From an uncultured Clostridia bacterium (GTDB lineage Bacteria; Bacillota; Clostridia; TANB77; CAG-508): a DNA stretch of 48,582 nucleotides. The notes beneath the pieces were generated by a model that was not told the DNA's origin, made no database searches, and was given only the letters and a program-made list of their open reading frames with translations. The position numbers and the translations under genes were made by a program. The stretch lies in the NCBI GenBank assembly GCA_934122385.1, contig CAKOWP010000003.1, positions 1 to 48,582 of the forward strand, given 5' to 3'. Positions 8,944 to 17,074 of this stretch are shown here, in pieces. Every line of letters begins with the position of its first letter. Position 1 is the stretch's first letter.

Positions 8944-9402
8944 GTGAAAAATAATAGAGGAATTACACTTACATCTTTAATTATATATGTTATAGGTATG
9001 GTTATAGTAGTTAGCTTGATCGCAACATTGACAACATTTTTTTATAAGAATGTTAATGTTGATAATATAAGCAAAGATACTACACAATATACTAAATTTT
9101 CTAATTTATTTTTAAAGGAAATAAATAAAAAAGATAATGATGTTATTGAGTGTAAAACAATAGAAGAAGATGGACAAAAGGTAAGCTATATAATTTTTTC
9201 TGATGGAAATCAATATACATACAAAGCTGAAAATAAATCAGTTTATAAAAATAATATTAAAATTTGTAAAGATGTTGAAGAATGCGAATTTTCTTATATT
9301 TATATAGATTCGACATATCAAATAAAAATAAATTTTAAAACATCAAGTGTAAATATGACAGGAGACAATGCAATTGTATATAGTATGAAAAACGGTCAAT
9401 AA
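8944..9402 (+). CDS. Pilin-like (minor pilin candidate) protein
   Basis: GTG start after GGAGGA. N-terminus (V)KNNRG|ITLTSLIIYVIGMVIVVSLIATL. Position +5 is Ser. Confidence 0.45.
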   Translation: MKNNRGITLTSLIIYVIGMVIVVSLIATLTTFFYKNVNVDNISKDTTQYTKFSNLFLKEINKKDNDVIECKTIEEDGQKVSYIIFSDGNQYTYKAENKSVYKNNIKICKDVEECEFSYIYIDSTYQIKINFKTSSVNMTGDNAIVYSMKNGQ

Positions 9403-9470
9403 AAAAGACGTTAATAACATTTGCATCTATCATTTAATAAAAAAGAAATAATAAAGGAGTGAAATTTATT

Positions 9471-11108
9471 ATGGAAATGAAAAGAAGATTACCAATTGGG
9501 GTTGAATTAGTTAAAAGAGGAGTTGTTACAGAACAAGACATAGAAAGTGCTTTAGAATATCAAAGAAGCAATCCAAATATGAAACTTGGAGATATTTTAC
9601 ATACTTTAAGCGTATGTGATGCAGAAAAATTAATCCAAAGCATAGGAGAAATACTAGGTGAAAAAGCTGTTTTATTAACATCAGGAACTTTAAAAGTAAA
9701 ACCGACAGATTATTTATCTTTGGAGGTTTGTAAAAAATATAAGTGCATTCCATTTGAGGTCAATGGAAGTAAAATAAAAGTATGTTTTTCAGATAAATCA
9801 GTCTCAGGAAAAACAGATTCAGTAAAAATGCAATTATTAAATAAAGGACTTGTTATGGAACAATACATAACATTTGAAAAAGACATAGAAAAGATACTTT
9901 CATCTTTAGAAGGAATGGCATCAAGCGATATAACAAAAACATCTTCTTCAGGAACAATAATTGAATTAGTTGATAGTATTATTAGAACAGGAATTGAAAA
10001 AAGAGCAAGTGATATACATATTGAACCATTAGCAAATGAAATAAGAGTTAGATATAGAATAGATGGTGAATTATTTACAGCAGCTAAAATAGCAAAAGAA
10101 AAACAACAACAAATAGTAGGAAGATTAAAAGCAATTTCAAATATGCATCAAGAAAAACAAGAAGCACAAGACGGTAGAATTTTAATGTATGATGATTATA
10201 ATATCCGTGTTTCATCACAGCCAAATGTATGTGGGGAAAAATTCGTTTTAAGACTTTTAAAGAAAAATGAAGACATAAGAAATATATTTGAATTAGGTTA
10301 TCCAGGAACAGAAGAAGATTTAAAGAAAAGTTTTAACAAGAAAAATAGCATAACAATAATTGCTGCTCCAACTGGTGCCGGAAAAACAACAACATTATAT
10401 AGTATTATAGATTATCTTAATTCACCAGAGATAAATATTACAACAATAGAAGACCCAGTAGAAATTAGAATTGATGGTTTAAACCAAATTGAAATAGGAA
10501 ATAAATCAACATTTTCAGGAGCCTTAAGAACTGTTTTAAGACAAGACCCTGATATGATATTATTAGGAGAAATTCGTGACCAAGAAACAGCTGAAATTGC
10601 TATACAAGCAGGACAAACAGGACATTATGTGTTATCAACAATACATACAATAGACGCAATAGAAGTTATAAACAGAATGAGAAAAATGGGACTATCAGAC
10701 TATGATATTTCAAGTACACTGGCAACAGCTGTATCACAAAGACTTGTAAGAAGAATATGCCCAGACTGTAGAAGAGAAAGAGAATATACAAAACAAGAAA
10801 AAGATGAAATGACAAAAATTGCAGAAAAATATGGAAAAACAATAGACTTTACTGGTAAAAAAACATATGATGCTGTTGGATGTAAAAAATGCAATAATAT
10901 AGGATATTATGGAAGAATAGGAATTTTTGAGATTTTAGATATTACAGATGAAATAAAAGAACTTATTGTAAAAGGTGCGTCAACAATTGAGATAAGAAAA
11001 AAGGCATTAGAGCAAAACTATAGACCATTAGTTGTAGACGGAATAGACAAAATATTGAATGGAGAAACAACTTTTGAAGAATTAAATAGACAATTAATTT
11101 TATATTAG
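9471..11108 (+). CDS. pilB: Type IV pilus assembly ATPase PilB (GspE family)
   Basis: T2SSE N-domain, Walker A APTGAGKTT, Walker B/Asp box DPDMILLGEIRD, His box GHYVLSTIHT, tetracysteine CPDC...CKKC. ATG 9471 lies 11 nt after AAGGAG, whereas the track start GTG 9459 overlaps the RBS. Confidence 0.9.
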   Translation: MEMKRRLPIGVELVKRGVVTEQDIESALEYQRSNPNMKLGDILHTLSVCDAEKLIQSIGEILGEKAVLLTSGTLKVKPTDYLSLEVCKKYKCIPFEVNGSKIKVCFSDKSVSGKTDSVKMQLLNKGLVMEQYITFEKDIEKILSSLEGMASSDITKTSSSGTIIELVDSIIRTGIEKRASDIHIEPLANEIRVRYRIDGELFTAAKIAKEKQQQIVGRLKAISNMHQEKQEAQDGRILMYDDYNIRVSSQPNVCGEKFVLRLLKKNEDIRNIFELGYPGTEEDLKKSFNKKNSITIIAAPTGAGKTTTLYSIIDYLNSPEINITTIEDPVEIRIDGLNQIEIGNKSTFSGALRTVLRQDPDMILLGEIRDQETAEIAIQAGQTGHYVLSTIHTIDAIEVINRMRKMGLSDYDISSTLATAVSQRLVRRICPDCRREREYTKQEKDEMTKIAEKYGKTIDFTGKKTYDAVGCKKCNNIGYYGRIGIFEILDITDEIKELIVKGASTIEIRKKALEQNYRPLVVDGIDKILNGETTFEELNRQLILY

Positions 11109-11129
11109 GATAAAGGGAGGAAACTTGTT

Positions 11130-12236
11130 ATGAATATGGACAAGATTTTAGATATAGCAATTGAAAAGGATGCATCAGATGTGCACTTAATTGCAGGAAA
11201 TAAACCAATGCTTAGAATTTCTAGGGAATTGAAACCAATAGAAGAAATGGAAGTCTTAACACCAGAAGATATGAACGAAATGTATGACTATTTGGTAAGA
11301 GGAAATGTTGATAAAGACGAAGTTTTTAATACAACAAGGAAATTAGATACATCATATGAGCATAAAGGAATACGTTTAAGAGTAAACATATCATTATCAG
11401 ATGATGTTCCACTATGTACATTAAGACTTATAAAAAATACATTACCACCATATGAATCACTTGGATTACCAGATATTATAAGAAGAATGACATATCAACC
11501 ACAAGGGTTAATATTGGTAACAGGAAAAACAAACTCTGGTAAAAGTACAACATTAAATGCTTTAATAAATGAAATAAATGAAACACAAAATAAAAAAATA
11601 TTAACACTAGAAAACCCAGTTGAATTTAAACATCATTCAAAAAAATCATTAATAGTTCAAAAAGAAATAGGAAAAGGTAGAGACAGTTTAACATTTAGTG
11701 ATGGTGTAAAAAATTCTTTAAGAGAGGACTGTGATATTCTAGTAATAGGAGAGATTAGAGACAAAGTAACAATGGAAGCTGCAATCGAAATGGCAGAATC
11801 AGGACACTTGGTTGTAGGAACATTACATACAAAATCATGTGCAGAAACAATAGACAGAATGATAAACTTCTATGAAGTTAGAGACCAAGCAAGTATAAAA
11901 TATCTATTATCTTCATTATTAAAATTAGTTGTATCACAAAGATTATTACCAGGAAGAGATGGTAAATTAGTTTTAGTTCCAGAAGTAATGGTTGTAGATA
12001 ATATAGTTGCAGGAATTATAAGAAAAGAAAAAATAAGTGTATCAGAAATAGAAGATGCTATACAAAGTTCAGACAAAGGAAGCATAGGACTAATTAACTC
12101 TATTGCATCATTATTTGTAAATGATAAAATAACATTAGAACAAGCAAAAGCACAAATTGAAGAGAAAAATATCGAAGTATTAAATAGAACAATAATGCAA
12201 ATGAAAATAAGAAGAGATAGTAATAGACAACAATAA
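11130..12236 (+). CDS. pilT: Twitching-motility retraction ATPase PilT
   Basis: 368 aa with ASDVHL, Walker A GKTNSGKST, DCDILVIGEIRD and GHLVVGTLHT. No N-terminal GspE N-domain. Confidence 0.85.
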   Translation: MNMDKILDIAIEKDASDVHLIAGNKPMLRISRELKPIEEMEVLTPEDMNEMYDYLVRGNVDKDEVFNTTRKLDTSYEHKGIRLRVNISLSDDVPLCTLRLIKNTLPPYESLGLPDIIRRMTYQPQGLILVTGKTNSGKSTTLNALINEINETQNKKILTLENPVEFKHHSKKSLIVQKEIGKGRDSLTFSDGVKNSLREDCDILVIGEIRDKVTMEAAIEMAESGHLVVGTLHTKSCAETIDRMINFYEVRDQASIKYLLSSLLKLVVSQRLLPGRDGKLVLVPEVMVVDNIVAGIIRKEKISVSEIEDAIQSSDKGSIGLINSIASLFVNDKITLEQAKAQIEEKNIEVLNRTIMQMKIRRDSNRQQ

Positions 12237-12255
12237 AAAGTAGGAGGTGATAATT

Positions 12256-13596
12256 GTGCCTACATATATGTACAAGGCTGTAACTAGTTCTGGACTAGTT
12301 ATAAGAAATAGGGTAGAAGCTGGAAGCAAACAAAATTTACTTAGAACATTAAAAGAAAATGATTTAATGCCAATAACTATAGAACAAGTTGCATATTCAG
12401 CTAAAAAGAAAAAAACTAAAAAGAAAAACATAAAAGACATAGAAGAAATAATGAAAAATGTAAATACAACTCAAATAAATACAAAAAAACAATCAACATT
12501 AAAAGAAAAAATAAATATGTATTTATCAAAAACAGAAAAAGTTACAAGCAGGGATTTAGTTATATTTACACAAAACTTCTATTTATTAAAAAAAGCAAAC
12601 TTTAACAATATACATGCTCTAAATACTATAATAGGAAGTACAGAAAACGTTACATTTAAAGGTGTATTGGAAGATATTTTGGCTGGTGTTGAAGCAGGTG
12701 AAAATATGTATACAACAATGGAATATTATTCAGATATATTTCCATTTATATACATAAATATGATAAAAGTAGGAGAATTATCAGGTTCTCTTACAAATTC
12801 GCTTGAACAAGCTGTTACTTACTTAGATTCTACAGAAGTATTGAACAAAAAAATAAGAGGAATACTTATTCCAAACATTGCTCAATTTGTATTGCTAATG
12901 GTTATGCTAGTTGTAGGAACACTAGTAGCAATACCAGCAATTCAAAATGTTTATACAGAAATGGGTTCAACAGATACGTTACCAGCTGTAACATTATGGT
13001 TTCAAAAGTTTTTGAATGGTGTAATAAAATTTTGGTATATACCAGTATCGATTATAGTGGCAGCAGTTGCTGGAATAATATTTTATATAAATACACCTAA
13101 AGGTAAATATAATTTTGATTATTTTAAATACAAAATGCCAGTATTTGGACAATTAATATTCTCATTAGATTTTTCAAGATTAATGAAAGCTATGCTTTTA
13201 AACTTAGAGAATGGAATGAGAATTCAAGAGGCAATTGAAGTAAGTAAAAATGTTGTACAAAACTATGTAATGCTTTCAATTATAGAAACATCTATAAATA
13301 ACATATTAATAGGTGATTCTTGGATAGAGCCATTTGAAAAATCAGGACTTGCAAAATCAATGATAACTGAAATGCTTAAAATTGGTATGCAAACAGACTT
13401 GAATGAAATGATTGCAAAATTAGTAGAATATATGGATATGGATATAGATAATATAATGCAGAAAATTGTAAAGGTTCTTCCTGAGGTAACTTACTTAATT
13501 GTTGGTGTGGTTCTAATATTCTTCGTATTAGTTGTACTTGCACCTTGTATCCAAGTTTATATGGGTGGTTTCTTATTCTCTGCAGCTGGAGTATAA
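12256..13596 (+). CDS. pilC: Type IV pilus platform protein PilC (GspF family)
   Basis: Two GspF-type repeats and 3 TM helices. N-terminus (V)PTYMYKAVTSSG resembles the PilC consensus. GTG 12256 lies 8 nt after AGGAGG; the track start is 12247. Confidence 0.85.
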   Translation: MPTYMYKAVTSSGLVIRNRVEAGSKQNLLRTLKENDLMPITIEQVAYSAKKKKTKKKNIKDIEEIMKNVNTTQINTKKQSTLKEKINMYLSKTEKVTSRDLVIFTQNFYLLKKANFNNIHALNTIIGSTENVTFKGVLEDILAGVEAGENMYTTMEYYSDIFPFIYINMIKVGELSGSLTNSLEQAVTYLDSTEVLNKKIRGILIPNIAQFVLLMVMLVVGTLVAIPAIQNVYTEMGSTDTLPAVTLWFQKFLNGVIKFWYIPVSIIVAAVAGIIFYINTPKGKYNFDYFKYKMPVFGQLIFSLDFSRLMKAMLLNLENGMRIQEAIEVSKNVVQNYVMLSIIETSINNILIGDSWIEPFEKSGLAKSMITEMLKIGMQTDLNEMIAKLVEYMDMDIDNIMQKIVKVLPEVTYLIVGVVLIFFVLVVLAPCIQVYMGGFLFSAAGV

Positions 13597-13641
13597 ATGT
13601 CTCATTGAATGTCCCATTAGGGACGGTTCTGTTTGAGACAT
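13597..13641 (+). repeat. Short GGGAC hairpin repeat, copy r1
   Basis: ATGTCTCATTGAATGTCCCATTAGGGACGGTTCTGTTTGAGACAT begins on the base after the pilC stop. The stem ATGTCTCA/TGAGACAT encloses GTCCC-ATTA-GGGAC. It shares the 22-nt block GGGACGGTTCTGTTTGAGACAT with r2 (28778) and r3 (38987, inverted). Confidence 0.8.
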
Positions 13642-13654
13642 TTGACTACCCAAA

Positions 13655-13846
13655 GTTCCTAAAAGATATAAATTTTTATATTTTTTAGTTCAATACACAA
13701 CATAAGAATTTCTAAAATAAATTGATGAATCTTTTTCACTTAGTCCTCACTTCGTTCGACGTGAACGTTTTTCATAAATTTATTTAAGAAATACTAATAT
13801 TGTTTCAATCACATAAAAAATGTAAAAATTTATATCTTTTAGGGAC
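13655..13846 (+). repeat. Foldback element, copy D (core module in different outer arms)
   Basis: 26-bp outer stem GTTCCTAAAAGATATAAATTTTTATA / TGTAAAAATTTATATCTTTTAGGGAC (two T.G pairs). It encloses CAATACACAACATAAGAATTTCTAAAATAAATTGATGAA...CACTTAGTCCTCACTTCGTTCGACGTGAACG...CATAAATTTATTTAAGAAATACTAATATTGTTTCAATCAC, homologous to the cores of B and C. Confidence 0.8.
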
Positions 13847-13893
13847 TATAGTGAAATGTATAACATTCTAATAGATTATTAAGAAGGTGTAAA

Positions 13894-14784
13894 ATGAAAA
13901 TTGGAATTGATTTAGGTGGAAGTCATATAGCAATAGGTGTTATTGATGATAAAGGATATATAGTAGAGAAAATAGAAAAAAGACTGTTATCTAAAGACAA
14001 GAAAAATATAAAAGAAACAATAGAGAATTATATAATAAAAAATACAAATGAATTGATGTCAAAATATAAAATAAAAGAGATAGGAATAGCTGTGCCAGGA
14101 ACAATAAAAGATGGTATTATTTTAAAATCTGTAAATTTGGGAGTCTCAAATTATAATATTATAGATAATTTAAAAAAAGAAATAAATTTGCCTATAAAGA
14201 TTAGAAATGATGCTAAATGTGCAGCTATTGCTGAAAATAAAATAGGAGCTTTAAAAGATTATAGTAGAAGTATTTTTTTAACTTTGGGCACAGGAATAGG
14301 TGGAGCTGTTATAATTAATAATAAATTACTTGATACGGGCGAACTACCTGGATGTGAATTTGGACATGTTATTATTCAAAAAGATGGATTAAAATGTAAT
14401 TGTGGAAAAAATGGATGTTTTGAAAAATATGCTTCAATGAAAGCATTAAAAACAAATTTGAGACAAGTATTAGGAGTTGACGAAAAAACTAGAGGACAGG
14501 AATTGTTGGATATTATTAGAAAAAATCCGGATAACGAAGAATTAAATAAGGTAATTGATGAATATATTGAATATTTAAGCATAGGACTATCAAATCTGAT
14601 AAATATATTTGAGCCAGAAGCTATAGGAATAGGCGGAAGTTTTGTATATTTTTCTGATGTTTTACTTGATAAGTTAATAAAGAATATCATAAAGAAACAA
14701 TATTTATTTAATAAAAGGGAAAGATTAATAATAATACCAGCGGCTCTTGGAAATGATGCAGGTATGATAGGAGCTTGCCAATAA
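13894..14784 (+). CDS. glk: ROK-family glucokinase
   Basis: N-terminal IGIDLGGSHI, LGTGIGGAV, and the ROK zinc motif GHVIIQKDGLKCNCGKNGCFEKYAS. Confidence 0.8.
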   Translation: MKIGIDLGGSHIAIGVIDDKGYIVEKIEKRLLSKDKKNIKETIENYIIKNTNELMSKYKIKEIGIAVPGTIKDGIILKSVNLGVSNYNIIDNLKKEINLPIKIRNDAKCAAIAENKIGALKDYSRSIFLTLGTGIGGAVIINNKLLDTGELPGCEFGHVIIQKDGLKCNCGKNGCFEKYASMKALKTNLRQVLGVDEKTRGQELLDIIRKNPDNEELNKVIDEYIEYLSIGLSNLINIFEPEAIGIGGSFVYFSDVLLDKLIKNIIKKQYLFNKRERLIIIPAALGNDAGMIGACQ

Positions 14785-14837
14785 AAGAGATAAAGCTCTT
14801 AAAGCTGAGTTGGAAACTATGAAAGGAATGAAATTAT

Positions 14838-15764
14838 ATGGACGAAAATGTAAAAAAAGCAACTAGACAGAGCTATGGGGAGGCGTTACTAGAATTAGGA
14901 AAAGAAAATAAAAATGTAGTTGTATTTGATGCAGATTTATCAACAGCAACAAAAACAAATTTATTTGCTAAAGAATTTCCAGACAGATTTTTTGATATGG
15001 GAATTGCTGAACAAAATATGATTTCAACAGCAGCAGGAATGGCAACTTGTGGGAAGATTGCATATGCAAGTACATTTGCTGTATTCGCAGCAGGAAGAGC
15101 ATATGACCAAATTCGAAATAGTGTATGTTATCCAAAATTAAATGTTAAAATATGTGCAACTCATGCAGGTATAACTGTTGGAGAAGATGGTGCAACACAT
15201 CAGATGTTAGAAGACATTTCTATGATGAGAACTTTACCTAATATGACTGTTATATCAACATCAGATGATATAGAAACAAAATGGGCTGTTAAAGAAATTA
15301 GTAAAATAAATGGACCTGTATATTTACGCTTATCAAGACTTGCGACTCCTGTAATTTATAATGAAAACCAAAAATTTGAAATTGGAAAGGCGATTCAAAT
15401 TGGTGATGGTACAGATGCTACAATTTTTGCAACAGGAGTAACTGTTAGTGAAGCTATAAAAGCACAAGAACAGTTAAAAGAAAATGGCATAGATGTGAGA
15501 GTTGTTGATATTCATACAATAAAGCCAATTGATAGAGATATTATTATTAAATGTGCTAAAGAAACTAAAAAATTAATTTCCATTGAAGACCATAATGTTA
15601 TTGGTGGACTTGGTTCTGCAATTTCAGAAGTTTTGACTGATGAGTGCCCAACAAAGTTAATAAGATTAGGTATTAATGATACTTTTGGTAAGTCAGGAAA
15701 TGCTGTTGAATTGATGGAATATTTTGGGATTATTGCTGAAAGAATAATAGAAAATGTAAAATAA
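14838..15764 (+). CDS. Transketolase, C-terminal subunit (pyrimidine-binding plus C-terminal domains)
   Basis: 308 aa with ATRQSYGEALLELG, FDMGIAEQNMISTAAGMA and HAGITVGEDGATHQ, typical of split transketolase subunit B. No N-terminal (TPP-binding) subunit gene is adjacent. Confidence 0.85.
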   Translation: MDENVKKATRQSYGEALLELGKENKNVVVFDADLSTATKTNLFAKEFPDRFFDMGIAEQNMISTAAGMATCGKIAYASTFAVFAAGRAYDQIRNSVCYPKLNVKICATHAGITVGEDGATHQMLEDISMMRTLPNMTVISTSDDIETKWAVKEISKINGPVYLRLSRLATPVIYNENQKFEIGKAIQIGDGTDATIFATGVTVSEAIKAQEQLKENGIDVRVVDIHTIKPIDRDIIIKCAKETKKLISIEDHNVIGGLGSAISEVLTDECPTKLIRLGINDTFGKSGNAVELMEYFGIIAERIIENVK

Positions 15765-15770
15765 TTTAGA

Positions 15771-15806
15771 TAGTACTTACTTGTAAAAGTGAGTACTGTT
15801 TTTGTA
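15771..15806 (+). terminator. Intrinsic terminator after the transketolase subunit gene
   Basis: Stem AGTACTTAC/GTGAGTACT (one T.G pair) followed by GTTTTTGT. Confidence 0.5.
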
Positions 15807-15809
15807 TGC

Positions 15810-16248
15810 AAGTTGCCACCCTAAGGGTTATTTATATTTGATATTGTACCTATTTGATTGAAGTGAAAAATAGAAAATCTTAAATAAAAAACTGAGGAAT
15901 GCTCACAAAAGAAATGTATATATGTATATGATTTGAAACATTTTCTCGGTTCAATACGCAACATAAGAATTTCTAAAATAAATTGATGGATAATTCCACT
16001 TAGTCCTCGCTTCGCTCGACGTGAACGCTTTCCATAAATTTATTCAAGAAATTCTAATATTGCTCCAATCACATTCGAAAAGTTTAAAATCATATACATA
16101 TATACATTTCTGCCCTAAGTGAGAGAGGCTCAGTTTTGTATTTTAGATTTTCTTTTTAAATGTAATGAACAGGGTACAATATCAAATATATATAACCCTT
16201 AAGATGGCAACTTTTACATAAAAATTTTTTAAGTCTGTGAATTGTAAC
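15810..16248 (+). mobile_element. Long foldback element, copy B (MITE-like, left terminus missing)
   Basis: Arms AAGTTGCCACCCTAAGGGTTATTTATATTTGATATTGTACC (15810-) and GGTACAATATCAAATATATATAACCCTTAAGATGGCAACTT (-16213). The right end continues to ...CTGTGAATTGTAAC (16248), matching the copy C terminus. The interior is near-identical to the reverse complement of copy C (3 differences in a 135-nt stretch I compared). Confidence 0.85.
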
Positions 16249-16387
16249 AAAAATGTAAAGAATTTCTAGTGAAATTTTAGTGAAAACTATTGCAAAATTA
16301 GTAGATTATTGATATTATTTAGGAGATAAAAAATAAACAATTTTAATGGAAGAATATAGCAAAATTTAATGAGGAGAAGAATTAAAA

Positions 16388-17074
16388 ATGATAGAATTTA
16401 GAAATGTATCAAAAACATACGACACAGGAACAAAAGCTGTAAAAAATGCAAACTTTGTAATAGACAAAGGAGAATTTGCATTTTTAGTAGGAACATCAGG
16501 AAGCGGAAAATCAACACTAATAAAACTAATATTAAAAGAAGAAGAACCAACATCAGGAAATATCATAATAAATGGAAAAGACACAACATTCTTAAAACAA
16601 AGTAGAGTACCATATTTAAGAAGAAGTATGGGAGTTGTGTTCCAAGACTTTAGACTATTACCAGACAAAACAGTATATGACAATGTAGCATATGCAATGT
16701 ACATAGTTAGAGCAACACCAAGACATATAAGAAGGCAAGTACCAATGGTTTTATCTTTAGTAGGCTTAAGTGGAAAAGCAAAAATGTATCCAAATGAATT
16801 ATCAGGTGGAGAGCAACAAAGAGTTGCATTAGCAAGAGCTCTAGTAAATAACCCATCAATGTTGATAGCAGACGAACCAACAGGAAACTTAGACCCAGAT
16901 ACAGCTTGGGACATTATGAATTTATTAAATGAAATAAACATGAGAGGAACAACAGTAGTAGTAGCAACACATGCAAAAGATATAGTAGATAAAATGAAAA
17001 AAAGAGTAATACACATAGAAAAAGGCAGCATTGTAAGAGATGATAAAAAAGGTGGTTATGATAGTGAAATATAA
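16388..17074 (+). CDS. ftsE: Cell-division ABC transporter ATP-binding protein FtsE
   Basis: Walker A GTSGSGKST, signature LSGGEQQRV, Walker B LIADEPTGNLD. Followed by an overlapping FtsX gene. Confidence 0.9.
   Translation: MIEFRNVSKTYDTGTKAVKNANFVIDKGEFAFLVGTSGSGKSTLIKLILKEEEPTSGNIIINGKDTTFLKQSRVPYLRRSMGVVFQDFRLLPDKTVYDNVAYAMYIVRATPRHIRRQVPMVLSLVGLSGKAKMYPNELSGGEQQRVALARALVNNPSMLIADEPTGNLDPDTAWDIMNLLNEINMRGTTVVVATHAKDIVDKMKKRVIHIEKGSIVRDDKKGGYDSEI

Noticed and set aside
4472-13596. Pilus locus as a horizontally acquired island
   Set aside because: Its composition and codon style look the same as the flanking housekeeping genes. There is no integrase, tRNA or flanking direct repeat. The only nearby repeats (A, r1 and D) belong to families spread across the whole window.
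16366-17031. 221-aa ORF on the minus strand covering ftsE
   Set aside because: It is antisense to a gene with unambiguous Walker A, signature and Walker B motifs. It has a low-complexity composition and no RBS. Long antisense ORFs are expected in AT-rich coding DNA.
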